Virus record (IMG/VR): IMGVR_UViG_3300044911_002386
Coordinates: 64,001 to 128,000 of that record
Direction: 5' to 3' (one strand)
DNA from: a virus
DNA: 64,000 nt
Position numbers and translations under genes: made by a program. The first letter of the stretch is position 1, and every line of letters begins with the position of its first letter. Of this stretch, positions 10,047-19,549 are shown piece after piece. The notes under the pieces were generated by a model. It had not been told where the DNA came from. It saw only the letters and a program-made list of their open reading frames with translations, and did not search any database.

Positions 10047-13000
10047 TTAGACCACTAAGTGTAACTCGATGTTATTGAGCGGCGCCGGAACCGTGAGGTC
10101 GAGGATCACCTCGATCCGATCCTTTAACAGCGGATGGATACGCAGCACGCGGATGCTTCCATCAATGAGCTGCGAACCGACCTCCGCCGTTGTGCCGTTC
10201 GTAGCCAACGCAGAAATTGTCTCTGTCATCCGGTTACGCAACAGCGTTACCATCGACGGAGTCGCGTTAGTGCGGCCGATGTACGGACGCAGCCGACGCA
10301 GGAACAGATAAGACATCGAGTCAACATTGCGCCGAATCATTTCTTCACGACGGTTCAAGTCGAGATTGTCCGTGGTCAGAGCGTGCCGCGAGTGCGGCGT
10401 ACCGTCACGGTCTTCGGTCACAATCCACACGCCAGCTTCCGCAAGCCTGTTTAACTGTGTTTCGTTGAAGTACTTGTACGACCGAGTGAAATCGTCGAAC
10501 CCAGCTACTTCAACATTTGTTAAACCTTGCTGCGGCACTACGCCACTCGCGAGGCCAGCGATGGCCGCAGCGAGATAGTAGCCCGGCTGCAGGACGCCAG
10601 CCTCGCCGACCTGATCGGGCCATACGGCCACGACACGTCGGCTGCTGAGGGCACCGGCCTGCTGTGCAATGTCGTCAGCGATCTCATTCCGGTTGTTGTT
10701 GTGGTAGATCTCAACACGCTGCGCTGCGTTAACGGGAGCGTCAGCGCCCGAGTAAAGCCGCAGTGTGTTTTCAGAGAGAACCTCGTCAACAACAAATTCT
10801 TCGTACTGCTCTTCAGAAAATCCGTCTACGGTAAACAGGTAGCGAACAACGTCGCCGGGGCGAACATTGTTAGTGATAAAGTAACCAGAACCTGTCGGAA
10901 CACGCAGTCGTGTGTACTGCATATTTGTCGCGTTCGGATCATCTTCAAGCACCGCAAGCACGGGGTCAGCAATTACATTGCCAGAGACACCGGCGATAGC
11001 AGCGCCTTCACCGACAACCAGTACGGTCGGGCGAGACTTGAGGGCTACGACCGCGGCCTTCCAGTTATTAGCAAATTCATTGGACTCCGAAACGGTTTGA
11101 GCCGCCCAGAGGTTGTGCACGAGTGTGTTAAACGTCAGCGGAACAAGGTTGTAGAGATCATCGCGACCCTTGAGTCGTTCTAACACCTCAACCCAGCTAT
11201 CCAGATTTTCAGGGTTACGTACAGCGGTGTACTTCACAGCCGTGCCGTTCGAGTTCGACAGCGCTTTGTACACGCCCCACTTGAGCGGATTGTCCGGATC
11301 AAGTTGTCCCTTGATTTGATCAAGGTCGCCAGGGTTGTTGATAGCGTTAACTTCGTCGGCAAGATCAGCAAGCCATTCGCGGTACTGAACGTACATTGTG
11401 CCAGAGTACACAGGCAGCGGCTGTTCGGCGCCGGCAGCCGTCCACTCGGGGTGGTACGCTGTTACGCCTTCTTTGACGCAGATCTGTGTGGCTTCGGTTT
11501 CGTAATTTACGTCCGGAGCCGCCTCTACCCTGTTTTCGGCAACCTGGATGTTGTCTTTGATGAACAACTTCAGGTCGAGTTCCGTGGCTGAAGCCATCAG
11601 TGCCGGCAGGTCGTCGCGCAGGATTAAACGACGGACCGGACCAGCCTGGGACGATGTAACCGGAATGTACCACTTGTCGCCCTTACGAAGGCCGATGATG
11701 GTATCTGCGCCGGTTAATGTCGCTGTGGCTGTGGCTGTCGCATTTCCAGCACCAGCCGGAGGCGCAGAAATTGTGATCGTCGGGGCTGATGTATAACCAG
11801 CTCCGCGATTTGTCACAGTAATACTGACTACATTATCGCTGTCAGCACCGGTTCCCAGCACCGCTGTGCCGGTCGCGGTAACGCCGCCAGCCGGAGCCGC
11901 AGAGAATGTAACGGTAGGTGCGGAGGTGTAACCAACACCGGGCGAAGTAACGGTTATGATGGGATTAACAGACGTGGCTAAAGCACCGCCGGTATCGCCA
12001 ACGAATTTGACCCGCACACCGCTAGAACCCACCGACACGCCAGTCGCATAAGTGCTAGAAGTTACAGACGTCGGGCCAGAATAATCTAAGCCCTTCGCTG
12101 TCCGCACAGAGATCTCAGGCTGCGTGGCCCACGTGCCGCCCTTCGTGCACTCAATGATATAAGTGTCATTTTTGGCGCCAGTATACTGTCCATAAATCTT
12201 TCCAGCCGAAACAGTGTTCGGCGACGTGGCAACGATTGCAGCCTCTACGTTATCGTAAGCCTGCCCGACAAGCACACGCCACTTTTGGCCGACCACAAAA
12301 CTTGTTGCCGGGATGCCGTTCGTTGTAGCAGTGGCGGCACAGGGGCCGGCACTGGCGTTGCTGAACACCAATTTTAAGCCACGCGTGCCGACTGCAACCT
12401 CATCACCAAAATCGCCCGGGTCGAGTTCCGCTACGTTGTCGCGACCGCTGGCACTTGTGACGCGCAGCCGAGCAGCCTGACATGTCGCAACAGAACTTTT
12501 AATAACTTCGACTAAATACTCTTCTACAACGTCACCGCTGGCTAAACCGTTATAACCGTTATAGCCCACAGCAGCCGACTCGGCGACAGTAACACAGTTA
12601 ACGAGCGTGCTACCGTGTACGACGCTGATGTTAGCGGCAGCCGCGGCACCGGAAACAGGATCTTGGTTATCGTCATCGGCATAAGCCGCTTCAATTACAG
12701 AGTTCGTGGCTTCACTTGCAAAACCGGCGACCGTTGTCGTCAGTTCAGTCTCGACGCATGAATCTGCTGTGTCCGTGACCGATCGCAGATAAACAACGTC
12801 GCCGAGTTGCACGTCGCGGTCATTAAATACGTCGCTGCGTGTCTCGCCGCCGTTGGTCTTGAACTTGAGAACGTTCGACTGAATCCAGTTAGTCTTGCCG
12901 GCAACTGGCGTAACGTTGTGGTTCGCAGGATCGCCGACATTATGCGAGTAATAAAGTAACAGAGCGTCGTCGATGTAGAGTTTTGTGTAACTCGGATCGA

Positions 13001-13217
13001 CAAGGCTGCCGGGCTCGCGGCCAGGCCACGAATAGCAAGTGTCGTCTAACCGATTATAAAGTCCAAGGCGAGTATCGTTTTTCTCAGCCAGAACGTTATA
13101 TCGGTGGAGCATCGCATGCGGACCAGCAATGTGGGCACGCAGCGGCTCAGTGATCTCCGTGGGGACGATCGAGAACTCTTGGAAAACAAGAACTTGTGGT
13201 TTTACGTAGCTCGACAT
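10047..13217 (-). CDS. Tail sheath protein
   Basis: 1056 aa. N-terminus YVKPQVLVFQE; C-terminal sheath core (GYYLAAAIAGL...QLNRLAEAGVWIV...REEMIRRNVD...DRIEVILDLTVPAPLNNIELHLVV). GGAGG RBS. Confidence 0.9.
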   Translation of the reverse strand: MSSYVKPQVLVFQEFSIVPTEITEPLRAHIAGPHAMLHRYNVLAEKNDTRLGLYNRLDDTCYSWPGREPGSLVDPSYTKLYIDDALLLYYSHNVGDPANHNVTPVAGKTNWIQSNVLKFKTNGGETRSDVFNDRDVQLGDVVYLRSVTDTADSCVETELTTTVAGFASEATNSVIEAAYADDDNQDPVSGAAAAANISVVHGSTLVNCVTVAESAAVGYNGYNGLASGDVVEEYLVEVIKSSVATCQAARLRVTSASGRDNVAELDPGDFGDEVAVGTRGLKLVFSNASAGPCAATATTNGIPATSFVVGQKWRVLVGQAYDNVEAAIVATSPNTVSAGKIYGQYTGAKNDTYIIECTKGGTWATQPEISVRTAKGLDYSGPTSVTSSTYATGVSVGSSGVRVKFVGDTGGALATSVNPIITVTSPGVGYTSAPTVTFSAAPAGGVTATGTAVLGTGADSDNVVSITVTNRGAGYTSAPTITISAPPAGAGNATATATATLTGADTIIGLRKGDKWYIPVTSSQAGPVRRLILRDDLPALMASATELDLKLFIKDNIQVAENRVEAAPDVNYETEATQICVKEGVTAYHPEWTAAGAEQPLPVYSGTMYVQYREWLADLADEVNAINNPGDLDQIKGQLDPDNPLKWGVYKALSNSNGTAVKYTAVRNPENLDSWVEVLERLKGRDDLYNLVPLTFNTLVHNLWAAQTVSESNEFANNWKAAVVALKSRPTVLVVGEGAAIAGVSGNVIADPVLAVLEDDPNATNMQYTRLRVPTGSGYFITNNVRPGDVVRYLFTVDGFSEEQYEEFVVDEVLSENTLRLYSGADAPVNAAQRVEIYHNNNRNEIADDIAQQAGALSSRRVVAVWPDQVGEAGVLQPGYYLAAAIAGLASGVVPQQGLTNVEVAGFDDFTRSYKYFNETQLNRLAEAGVWIVTEDRDGTPHSRHALTTDNLDLNRREEMIRRNVDSMSYLFLRRLRPYIGRTNATPSMVTLLRNRMTETISALATNGTTAEVGSQLIDGSIRVLRIHPLLKDRIEVILDLTVPAPLNNIELHLVV

Positions 13218-13312
13218 GCTTCAGGCCTCCATGCCTAAAATTTGTGTGCGGTTCAGCGCGTAACGAGTAGTATACACAACCACTCTAGCAACAAAAAACA
13301 CTTCTCCGCGAT

Positions 13313-14053
13313 TTAATAGGTCAGTAAATCCGATGCCTTGAAGACAATCCGCTTTAGGCGCGGCGCATACGGCTGGAGCGTCCAAGCCTCCTCGGCCATG
13401 TATGCTACGTTAACAGGTACGGCATAACCCTGTATAACTTCTTGGATTTCTCCTATACCGCCGACATCGCTTACAAAGAATCGGTGAAGATCCATTTGCT
13501 CGCGGATCATCGGCGAAAACTTGATTAAAAACTTAACTACTTCAGTGGCTAAAAATTCTGTTTCGGCGCCGTTCTGGGACAGGCAGAACAATGTGTGGCT
13601 GCCGTCCCATAAACCCGCATACGACGTGCTTCCAGTATAAGCATTGGTACTTGTAATGTCACCAATACCTTGTTTTTGCCACTTCCACCCGTTTCGTTTA
13701 ATAAGTATTGCGGGTCGTTTGTCTATTTGATTCGGCACCCAGCGTGTAATGCTCTCAATAAGGATAGGGCCGTATACCTTTTCGTACGTATCGTTTTCGG
13801 CCGGTTTCCAATCATTTAATTCTTGCAGTTGCTGCCGGAGTTTCGGGTCGTCGATATTGTCGGTGTCTGCGAAATGCCCGATAAGCAGTTGTCGAAGAAA
13901 ACCGGTCATAACGTGGGGGCGCATGCCGTACGAGCACAAGGCACTCACTTTCGGCAGGCGGTTTTCGGTCTCGCTGCCTTCCGGAAACAGGTCTTCAACT
14001 TCCGGCGGGTTTTGGTTTTGCGGGCAGTCGCTCACGGGCTTCTCTCTTTTCAA
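13313..14053 (-). CDS. Tail terminator / neck protein (putative)
   Basis: 246 aa immediately upstream of the sheath; RPAILIKR motif and beta-rich C-half. True start may be the GTG at 14035. Confidence 0.55.
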   Translation of the reverse strand: MKREKPVSDCPQNQNPPEVEDLFPEGSETENRLPKVSALCSYGMRPHVMTGFLRQLLIGHFADTDNIDDPKLRQQLQELNDWKPAENDTYEKVYGPILIESITRWVPNQIDKRPAILIKRNGWKWQKQGIGDITSTNAYTGSTSYAGLWDGSHTLFCLSQNGAETEFLATEVVKFLIKFSPMIREQMDLHRFFVSDVGGIGEIQEVIQGYAVPVNVAYMAEEAWTLQPYAPRLKRIVFKASDLLTY

Positions 14054-14135
14054 TAAGTTGTAACCGCGGCCAGAGTTGCAGTTTTTTATCGTTAAACACT
14101 ATCGGCGACGTGAGTTTAATCTTATCAAGAAACAT
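13995..14135 (-). CDS. Small hypothetical protein (46 aa)
   Basis: Not in the track. ATG is coupled to the upstream stop (TAATG); MFLDKIKLTSPIVFNDKKLQLWPRLQLIEKREARERLPAKPKPAGS. Confidence 0.35.
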   Translation of the reverse strand: MFLDKIKLTSPIVFNDKKLQLWPRLQLIEKREARERLPAKPKPAGS

Positions 14136-15400
14136 TAGATATCCCAGAATCCGTTCGTACGGTCTTTGCTGTTATTTAATGGTTTAATGTTAGGGCGTGG
14201 TGACGGTGCGGCTGCGGGCGCCATTTGCGGTAACGCTGGCACGGTCACTTCTATGTACGCTACATCCGGCCCATACTCGCCTAACTTCTCAAATAAGATA
14301 GCGTACTCGCCTGGGTCTAGTTTTAAAGACTCAGTCCATCGGCCATTTGCTCGAGTAGTTGTGCCCGCTACTGCCAAGTTTCGCGGAGTGTCTGTTTCTG
14401 CATCGTCAAACACGGCACGCGTAAACACGTACACAGAGGCACCAATTATCGGGCACCCGTCGATGCTTGCGGTGTATATTAAATTTTCTTGTCCGCCGTA
14501 ATTGTGGTCGATAGCGATGGCACCACAACCTTTCACAGGTAGCGTCGGGCCGGGTCGTGATTCAGGCTCGCCGCCGACCTCTAAACTGTACACCGAGTTA
14601 TTAAAAGGCACTAAACCCATTTTGACAGAATAAACAATTGGAACTCCGCGAATGCTCGCCGCCACCTGTATTGTCTCTACCCGCCAGCGCTCGTCACTAG
14701 CACCGTTTACCCATATATCGTTTTTATTGAGTGCCGGAAAACCAATTACACGGGCAGTGACATACGCGTTCTCTCGCGTCGAGCCCTTTACTTCATTGTT
14801 TACGTCTTCTTGAATAATTTCGGGTGATAGATCCCAGCACTGTAGGCCAAGCGGTGGATGGAACCCAATTTCAAACCCTGTGCCGCTACAGATGTCACAG
14901 TTGGCGTCTGTAATTTCTTGGGTCAACTGATCACGGCAACGTTTGCACGGCTTTCCGTAGCGATAAGGTTTAATTAGGTAGCCCGGAACAGATACAAGCC
15001 TGTTACGCAGTTGCTCTTTACGCATGATCTCACGTGCAAGGAGCCAGTCTTTTTCTGTCAGGTCGCCGTAGCAGTTGGCCGCCTGCGAAACGTATACGCC
15101 GACAGAAGTTGTTAATTTAACTCGGTAATGCGACAGAATATCGTACCCGCCCTCGCGCCACGCGGCATCTGCTGCCGTGTATGTATTGACGACAGGATTG
15201 CCGATATCTTTCCAATCAGGTGTGTCGCGAAGACCGGTGTGGCCGAACTGAAGTTGAAACGTATACGGGCCGGGGTCATTAAATAACGGCTCTAATTGCC
15301 ACCACACACGCGTTACGCCGCGAACCATGTGGTCGACTGAGATTCGGCGGAACGGGAAGACGCGCTGTTGGGTCATTTGATAACCTGTGCGGAATGACAT
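14135..15400 (-). CDS. Head closure / neck protein with Zn-finger (putative)
   Basis: 421 aa; CKRC...CDICSGTGF Zn motif followed by a beta-barrel-like segment (ARVIGFPALNKNDIWVN...RWRV); position between adaptor and sheath. Confidence 0.55.
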   Translation of the reverse strand: MSFRTGYQMTQQRVFPFRRISVDHMVRGVTRVWWQLEPLFNDPGPYTFQLQFGHTGLRDTPDWKDIGNPVVNTYTAADAAWREGGYDILSHYRVKLTTSVGVYVSQAANCYGDLTEKDWLLAREIMRKEQLRNRLVSVPGYLIKPYRYGKPCKRCRDQLTQEITDANCDICSGTGFEIGFHPPLGLQCWDLSPEIIQEDVNNEVKGSTRENAYVTARVIGFPALNKNDIWVNGASDERWRVETIQVAASIRGVPIVYSVKMGLVPFNNSVYSLEVGGEPESRPGPTLPVKGCGAIAIDHNYGGQENLIYTASIDGCPIIGASVYVFTRAVFDDAETDTPRNLAVAGTTTRANGRWTESLKLDPGEYAILFEKLGEYGPDVAYIEVTVPALPQMAPAAAPSPRPNIKPLNNSKDRTNGFWDI

Positions 15401-15465
15401 AACTTTTTTGATGCGTTCCGCACCAAACGTCCAGCCATTCTACATTTTACACATACCGCTGATAT

Positions 15466-15513
15466 CTAAAAAAATGGGGCTAGGCGGTACTATGATCCGT
15501 CCAGCCCCATTTT
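15466..15513 (-). terminator. Intrinsic terminator
   Basis: AAAATGGGGCT (15471-15481) pairs with AGCCCCATTTT (15503-15513); the A7 run at 15468-15474 reads as a U-tract on the minus strand. Confidence 0.7.
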
Positions 15514-16167
15514 CCCTACGCTTTTCACTTGGGACGCATCCCAAGGCTACCGATTACTCGGCAGCGGCGGCCCACCGACTTTCGTCTTCCCGGTCGTGAC
15601 GGTAACACTTATATGACGCTGAGTGCCAGACGCGTGTGGCAGCCGACGTTATTATTTTAAAACAGCGTCTAAGTGGCTTGGTGGGAGGAGCATGTTATGT
15701 GGCCGTCAAGGGCCACACAACGTGACGCAATTGAGTGTGCACGCGGCACGCGGGTATACAGCATTTGCAATTGTCTTGACCTGCATGCAATGCCTAGTCC
15801 CCGCCACAAATGTGATGTGAGCGTTGAGAGCGGGCGGCGTTTCGAATTAATTACAACGGTAGTACTCCCGTTCTTTTTTCGACGTCCCGACCGACTCAAG
15901 CCGACATCTAAGGGTTTATTTGTGATTTACCCCCGAAATTGTTAACCCGACAAGGCGTTAACTTTTTTCTCCGGGCTGTATTCGGACAGCCTGTTTTTTC
16001 CGTTCGCAACCGCACGAATGCGGTCACTTACCGCGTGTTGCGAATACCCGCAGCTGCCGACGGAAAAAGCAGCAGCCCGGGTTTTTAAAAAGGAACTGTA
16101 TCAGGGCCAGGTCATGAGGCACCTCCTTTCAGTACCGCGTGCCGGGAATGGTGCCCGTGCATCACGT

Positions 16168-17607
16168 TTACCGAAGACTTAAAGCAAGCCCTTTAAGCAT
16201 GCGCCGCTGACTGTGACAGCCCCAGATCAGCGACAACTTCTTAAGGGAGTCCGGTACCCACCCCGGACAGTCTTCGGGCGTCGATGTGACCACACGATTG
16301 CGCAGGCCGCCGTGGCGACCACTGGCGTTGTGCAGCCAAATCAACCTTGTTACCTGCCGCAATCCCGCCAGTTGTTCGTACATGTCTACCGCGTCATGGT
16401 CGCCGACGGCGATCACTACGCGGAGCTTGTACGAAGACTTGCCCGTAATAATGGTCCGGAACAGCGTCCTTAACGCCGTACCGCGAACATCAACGGGCCT
16501 GCCATTAAACCACGGCATGTACGCATCGACGTGTTCTTCGATGCAGCCGTTGCTATGTGGCAGAACGAGTACGTCGGAGCCGCTAACTCCTGCGTACCCG
16601 GCGGCATTGGCGATGTCACACGCGGCCTGTGCCTGCTTGGCACAAGACGGCGAAACATCAGGAAGGATTAACGTCACCGGTCGCCCGGAAATGACGTCCT
16701 CCTTCAGCGCGTTGGGTAGCGGTCGTTTGACGAGCAACCGCTTAACCAACCTACGACTGTCGTACACAGGAATCGGTCCGACGTTGCCGCCGGTATTTCC
16801 TGTGTTGCCCACGAGCCTGTTAAGCAACTCTGCCATCTGGCTTCGCAGCGCCGCGGGTACAGCCCGCAAGCGACCGTTAGCACTCGACAGGGCGTGCCGA
16901 GACGCCAGCGACGGCCCAGACGCCTCTGCGGCCTGACTAAACGACACAGCCTGGCGTGCCTTTTTAAGGGCTTGTTTGGCTCCGCAACGGCGGTAACCGC
17001 TCGGCTGTCGTTTGGCGTTCTGGGCGGCTTTCTTCGCTTCTGCCAAAGCCTTCGCCTTAGCAGCAGCAAGATTGTCTGCTAACTTCTTTCTTGCCGCCGC
17101 GGCCTGTGCCTCGGCTTCGGCTTGCCGCTGCCGTGCCGCTTCGTCTGCACGCCAGTCTTCGGCTGCTTCGCGGGCCTTAGCCATGTCCTTGGCTGAGGTG
17201 CTGGGCTCGGCCTGAGTCTCAGCATCTGCGTCCTCGTGGCCGTCCGCATCGGCGTCGCTGCCCTCGCCGCTTTCCGGCTTAGGCGGCTGCGGCGGTTGCT
17301 TGGCTGGCTGCTCCTGTTTAATTATGTCTTTAACAGAAGCATTGGGCCCGTACTTGCGGCACAAGCGGTCTACGGCGTGATGCGGGTCCAGGTAGGCATA
17401 CATCGCCCGCGTGCCGCGCGGTGCGAAGTTACTTGCTACGGACATCCAGAGATGCCCGTTGTGTACAGCCCCGACAGCCACAATATTCAAACCAACTAAG
17501 TGGTTTGCCAATTGGGCAATGTCTCGAACACCCTCTGCCACCAAGGTGTTCGGATTCGTCCTCGACTTATGCAGCAAACGCTGCACCTGCCGGATTGTTA
17601 AATCCAT
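16168..17607 (-). CDS. VWA (MIDAS) domain protein, partner of MoxR ATPase
   Basis: LILPDVSPSC (DxSxS) and later VIAVGDHD; acidic/coiled-coil linker. Start moved to ATG 17607 (AAGGAG RBS). Confidence 0.75.
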   Translation of the reverse strand: MDLTIRQVQRLLHKSRTNPNTLVAEGVRDIAQLANHLVGLNIVAVGAVHNGHLWMSVASNFAPRGTRAMYAYLDPHHAVDRLCRKYGPNASVKDIIKQEQPAKQPPQPPKPESGEGSDADADGHEDADAETQAEPSTSAKDMAKAREAAEDWRADEAARQRQAEAEAQAAAARKKLADNLAAAKAKALAEAKKAAQNAKRQPSGYRRCGAKQALKKARQAVSFSQAAEASGPSLASRHALSSANGRLRAVPAALRSQMAELLNRLVGNTGNTGGNVGPIPVYDSRRLVKRLLVKRPLPNALKEDVISGRPVTLILPDVSPSCAKQAQAACDIANAAGYAGVSGSDVLVLPHSNGCIEEHVDAYMPWFNGRPVDVRGTALRTLFRTIITGKSSYKLRVVIAVGDHDAVDMYEQLAGLRQVTRLIWLHNASGRHGGLRNRVVTSTPEDCPGWVPDSLKKLSLIWGCHSQRRMLKGLALSLR

Positions 17608-17676
17608 GCAAACTCCTTGGCGGTAAGGGTAAGGGGGCACGATTCCCGCCACAGAATCGTGCCCCCTGAACAACCG

Positions 17677-18498
17677 TCACACCCGCTTGATTTCTCCAAG
17701 CAGGGCCGCACCCGGCGTGCGGATTTCCTTAACGATCGCCTCTCGGTCGCGCTTGGCCTTCACCAAGAACGCGTCGATCAGCATCTCAGCCTCGTCAATC
17801 GACGAGACGAGATCTCTGGCCCGCAGAAGTTCACGCAACTCCTGCAGCGAGGGCTTAGACTCGCCTCGCGTGCGGATAGTGTTAGCCATTCGCACGACGA
17901 GCCGGCACGCACCTCCCGGAGCACCCGTTGTCTTGCGGAGAACATCGATCTCGACGTTCTCCGGCAAGAACTCCATCGTCACCCGGAAGCAGCGGCGCTT
18001 AACCGCTTCCGGAATCTCCGCTTCTTCGTTCGCGGTTAGAACTACGAACAAATTGCGAAGAGTCGCCTGATGCATTTTGTGTCGTGCATCGGGCACCCGA
18101 CCGTGCTGAAGAAAGTCCAGCACAAGCGGGTAGAAACGACTGCCAGCCTTTTCCACCTCGTCAAGCACCAGCACGACCTTCTGTTCGTGGCTGGCACGAA
18201 CTGCACGCAGCAGTTGCCCGTCCAAGTAGGCGTCGTCAGCCTGTTGAACGCCGACCGCCACTTGGCCGATGTCGACACCCTGCTGCATCTCCTCAGCCGT
18301 CAACCATGGATGGCACGGCACAAACAGATGCATTGCGTTCATGCTTTTTGCAAAGCACTCGGCAAAGAACGTCTTGCCCGTGCCGGGGTCTCCGACGAGG
18401 AGAACCGCACGGAGCAGGTCCGTGATCGTCGCCAGCCATCGCGCGGCCAGCAGTTCACCCTTGCGGGCGTGGTATCCGGGCAACAGGTTTCCAACCAT
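17677..18498 (-). CDS. MoxR-family AAA+ ATPase
   Basis: Walker A GDPGTGKT, DGQLLRA, Walker B LVLDEVEKA, sensor LTAN, arginine finger EAVKRRC. Start at ATG 18498 (AAGGAG RBS). Confidence 0.88.
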   Translation of the reverse strand: MVGNLLPGYHARKGELLAARWLATITDLLRAVLLVGDPGTGKTFFAECFAKSMNAMHLFVPCHPWLTAEEMQQGVDIGQVAVGVQQADDAYLDGQLLRAVRASHEQKVVLVLDEVEKAGSRFYPLVLDFLQHGRVPDARHKMHQATLRNLFVVLTANEEAEIPEAVKRRCFRVTMEFLPENVEIDVLRKTTGAPGGACRLVVRMANTIRTRGESKPSLQELRELLRARDLVSSIDEAEMLIDAFLVKAKRDREAIVKEIRTPGAALLGEIKRV

Positions 18499-18542
18499 GC
18501 ACATCTCCTTCTTAGGGAATGAATAGAACCGGGGATACAAAA

Positions 18543-18574
18543 AATATGCCATTAAATTGCGAATTATTTAGGTG
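18543..18574 (-). promoter_or_regulatory. Repeated promoter-like motif CACCTAAATA-N13-TGGCATATT (copy 1)
   Basis: Same two blocks and identical spacing as the copy at 19359-19390; upstream of moxR, just after a terminator. Confidence 0.65.
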
Positions 18575-18586
18575 CTCGCCAATAGC

Positions 18587-18627
18587 TAAAAAAAACACTC
18601 CGCGCGGCCGTAGCCAGGCGGAGTGTT
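18587..18627 (-). terminator. Intrinsic terminator
   Basis: AACACTCCGC...GCGGAGTGTT 10-bp stem followed on the minus strand by T8. Confidence 0.8.
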
Positions 18628-18714
18628 AAACTCGAAAGTTTTAAACAACACACCCTAGGGATGATCGCCCACGGCACCGCAAATGCGGCAGCAGCGCTAA
18701 CTGCCGCATAGGCG

Positions 18715-19263
18715 TCAGTTTGCCGACGGGTTCCATTTCTGGTTCAGCGGCGTTGCAGTGCCGCTGATGGGCTTTGCCTGCGGCGGCGTGGCAGCCCCGG
18801 CTTCTTCCGCCAGCAGTCTCGGAAGATGCGCGTCGTAGAGCGTCTCCACGATGTGCTCCATATCGGTGTGTTCCAGTGCGCACATCGACATAGCCTCAAG
18901 CACGCTCATCACCGCGGCCAACTTGTGGGCCGCCTCCATCGCTTTCTCCGCAAGTTCCTCCGGCGCGATCCGGCTCTCCGGCGGAACGTTATCCGGGTCC
19001 CCAATGCGGACGAGCACCCGGCCCGCCTGATTGAGAGCCTGCTGCACGCTGTGGATGGTCATCGTGACCAGCAGCGTGGTGCTCACCCCCAAGGCCGCCT
19101 TCATGGCGTCTTTGACATCTTTGTCGTGCAACGAGTCGCCGACATTTTTCCGTATCTCGTTGATATCGTCGAGCGGCGTCTTCTTGCCACTCTCTTGTTG
19201 CTCGGCGAACATCTTCTTCATCCCCCGCAGAAAAAACTGCGTGATGTCATTCACTGCCTTCAC
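18715..19263 (-). CDS. Hypothetical helical protein
   Basis: GC-rich coding bias; likely GTG start at 19263 with GGAG RBS; flanked by the repeated promoter motif and a terminator. Confidence 0.7.
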   Translation of the reverse strand: MKAVNDITQFFLRGMKKMFAEQQESGKKTPLDDINEIRKNVGDSLHDKDVKDAMKAALGVSTTLLVTMTIHSVQQALNQAGRVLVRIGDPDNVPPESRIAPEELAEKAMEAAHKLAAVMSVLEAMSMCALEHTDMEHIVETLYDAHLPRLLAEEAGAATPPQAKPISGTATPLNQKWNPSAN

Positions 19264-19358
19264 AGGTAGTCTCCACTTCTGTGAGCACACAAAAACCCAA
19301 AAACGCAAATGTGCGTGCCAACACAATTGCGTCTGACATGTAGCCCTGGGCTACAAAG

Positions 19359-19390
19359 AATATGCCAGAAATTGGGCACGTATTTAGGTG
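19359..19390 (-). promoter_or_regulatory. Repeated promoter-like motif CACCTAAATA-N13-TGGCATATT (copy 2)
   Basis: Matches 18543-18574 in both blocks and in spacing. Confidence 0.65.
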
Positions 19391-19549
19391 TTACAGAACC
19401 TATGCCAAAAAGATTTTGGACCGCGATTCTGTAACATGTCCACGGTTCGCGAACTGCGGACAAGCGACATATTCCAAATTCGCGAATTGCGAAAGTGCTA
19501 GGAAACAAAGCACTTACGTCAAATTTTCCAGTTTCCAGAATGAGATAGT

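Noticed and set aside
1-15400. Extracellular contractile injection system or tailocin
   Set aside because: Capsid, protease, scaffold and adaptor genes are present, so this is a complete phage morphogenesis region.
15669-15899. 76-aa minus-strand ORF in the intergenic gap
   Set aside because: TTG start without an RBS and atypical composition; not supported as a CDS.
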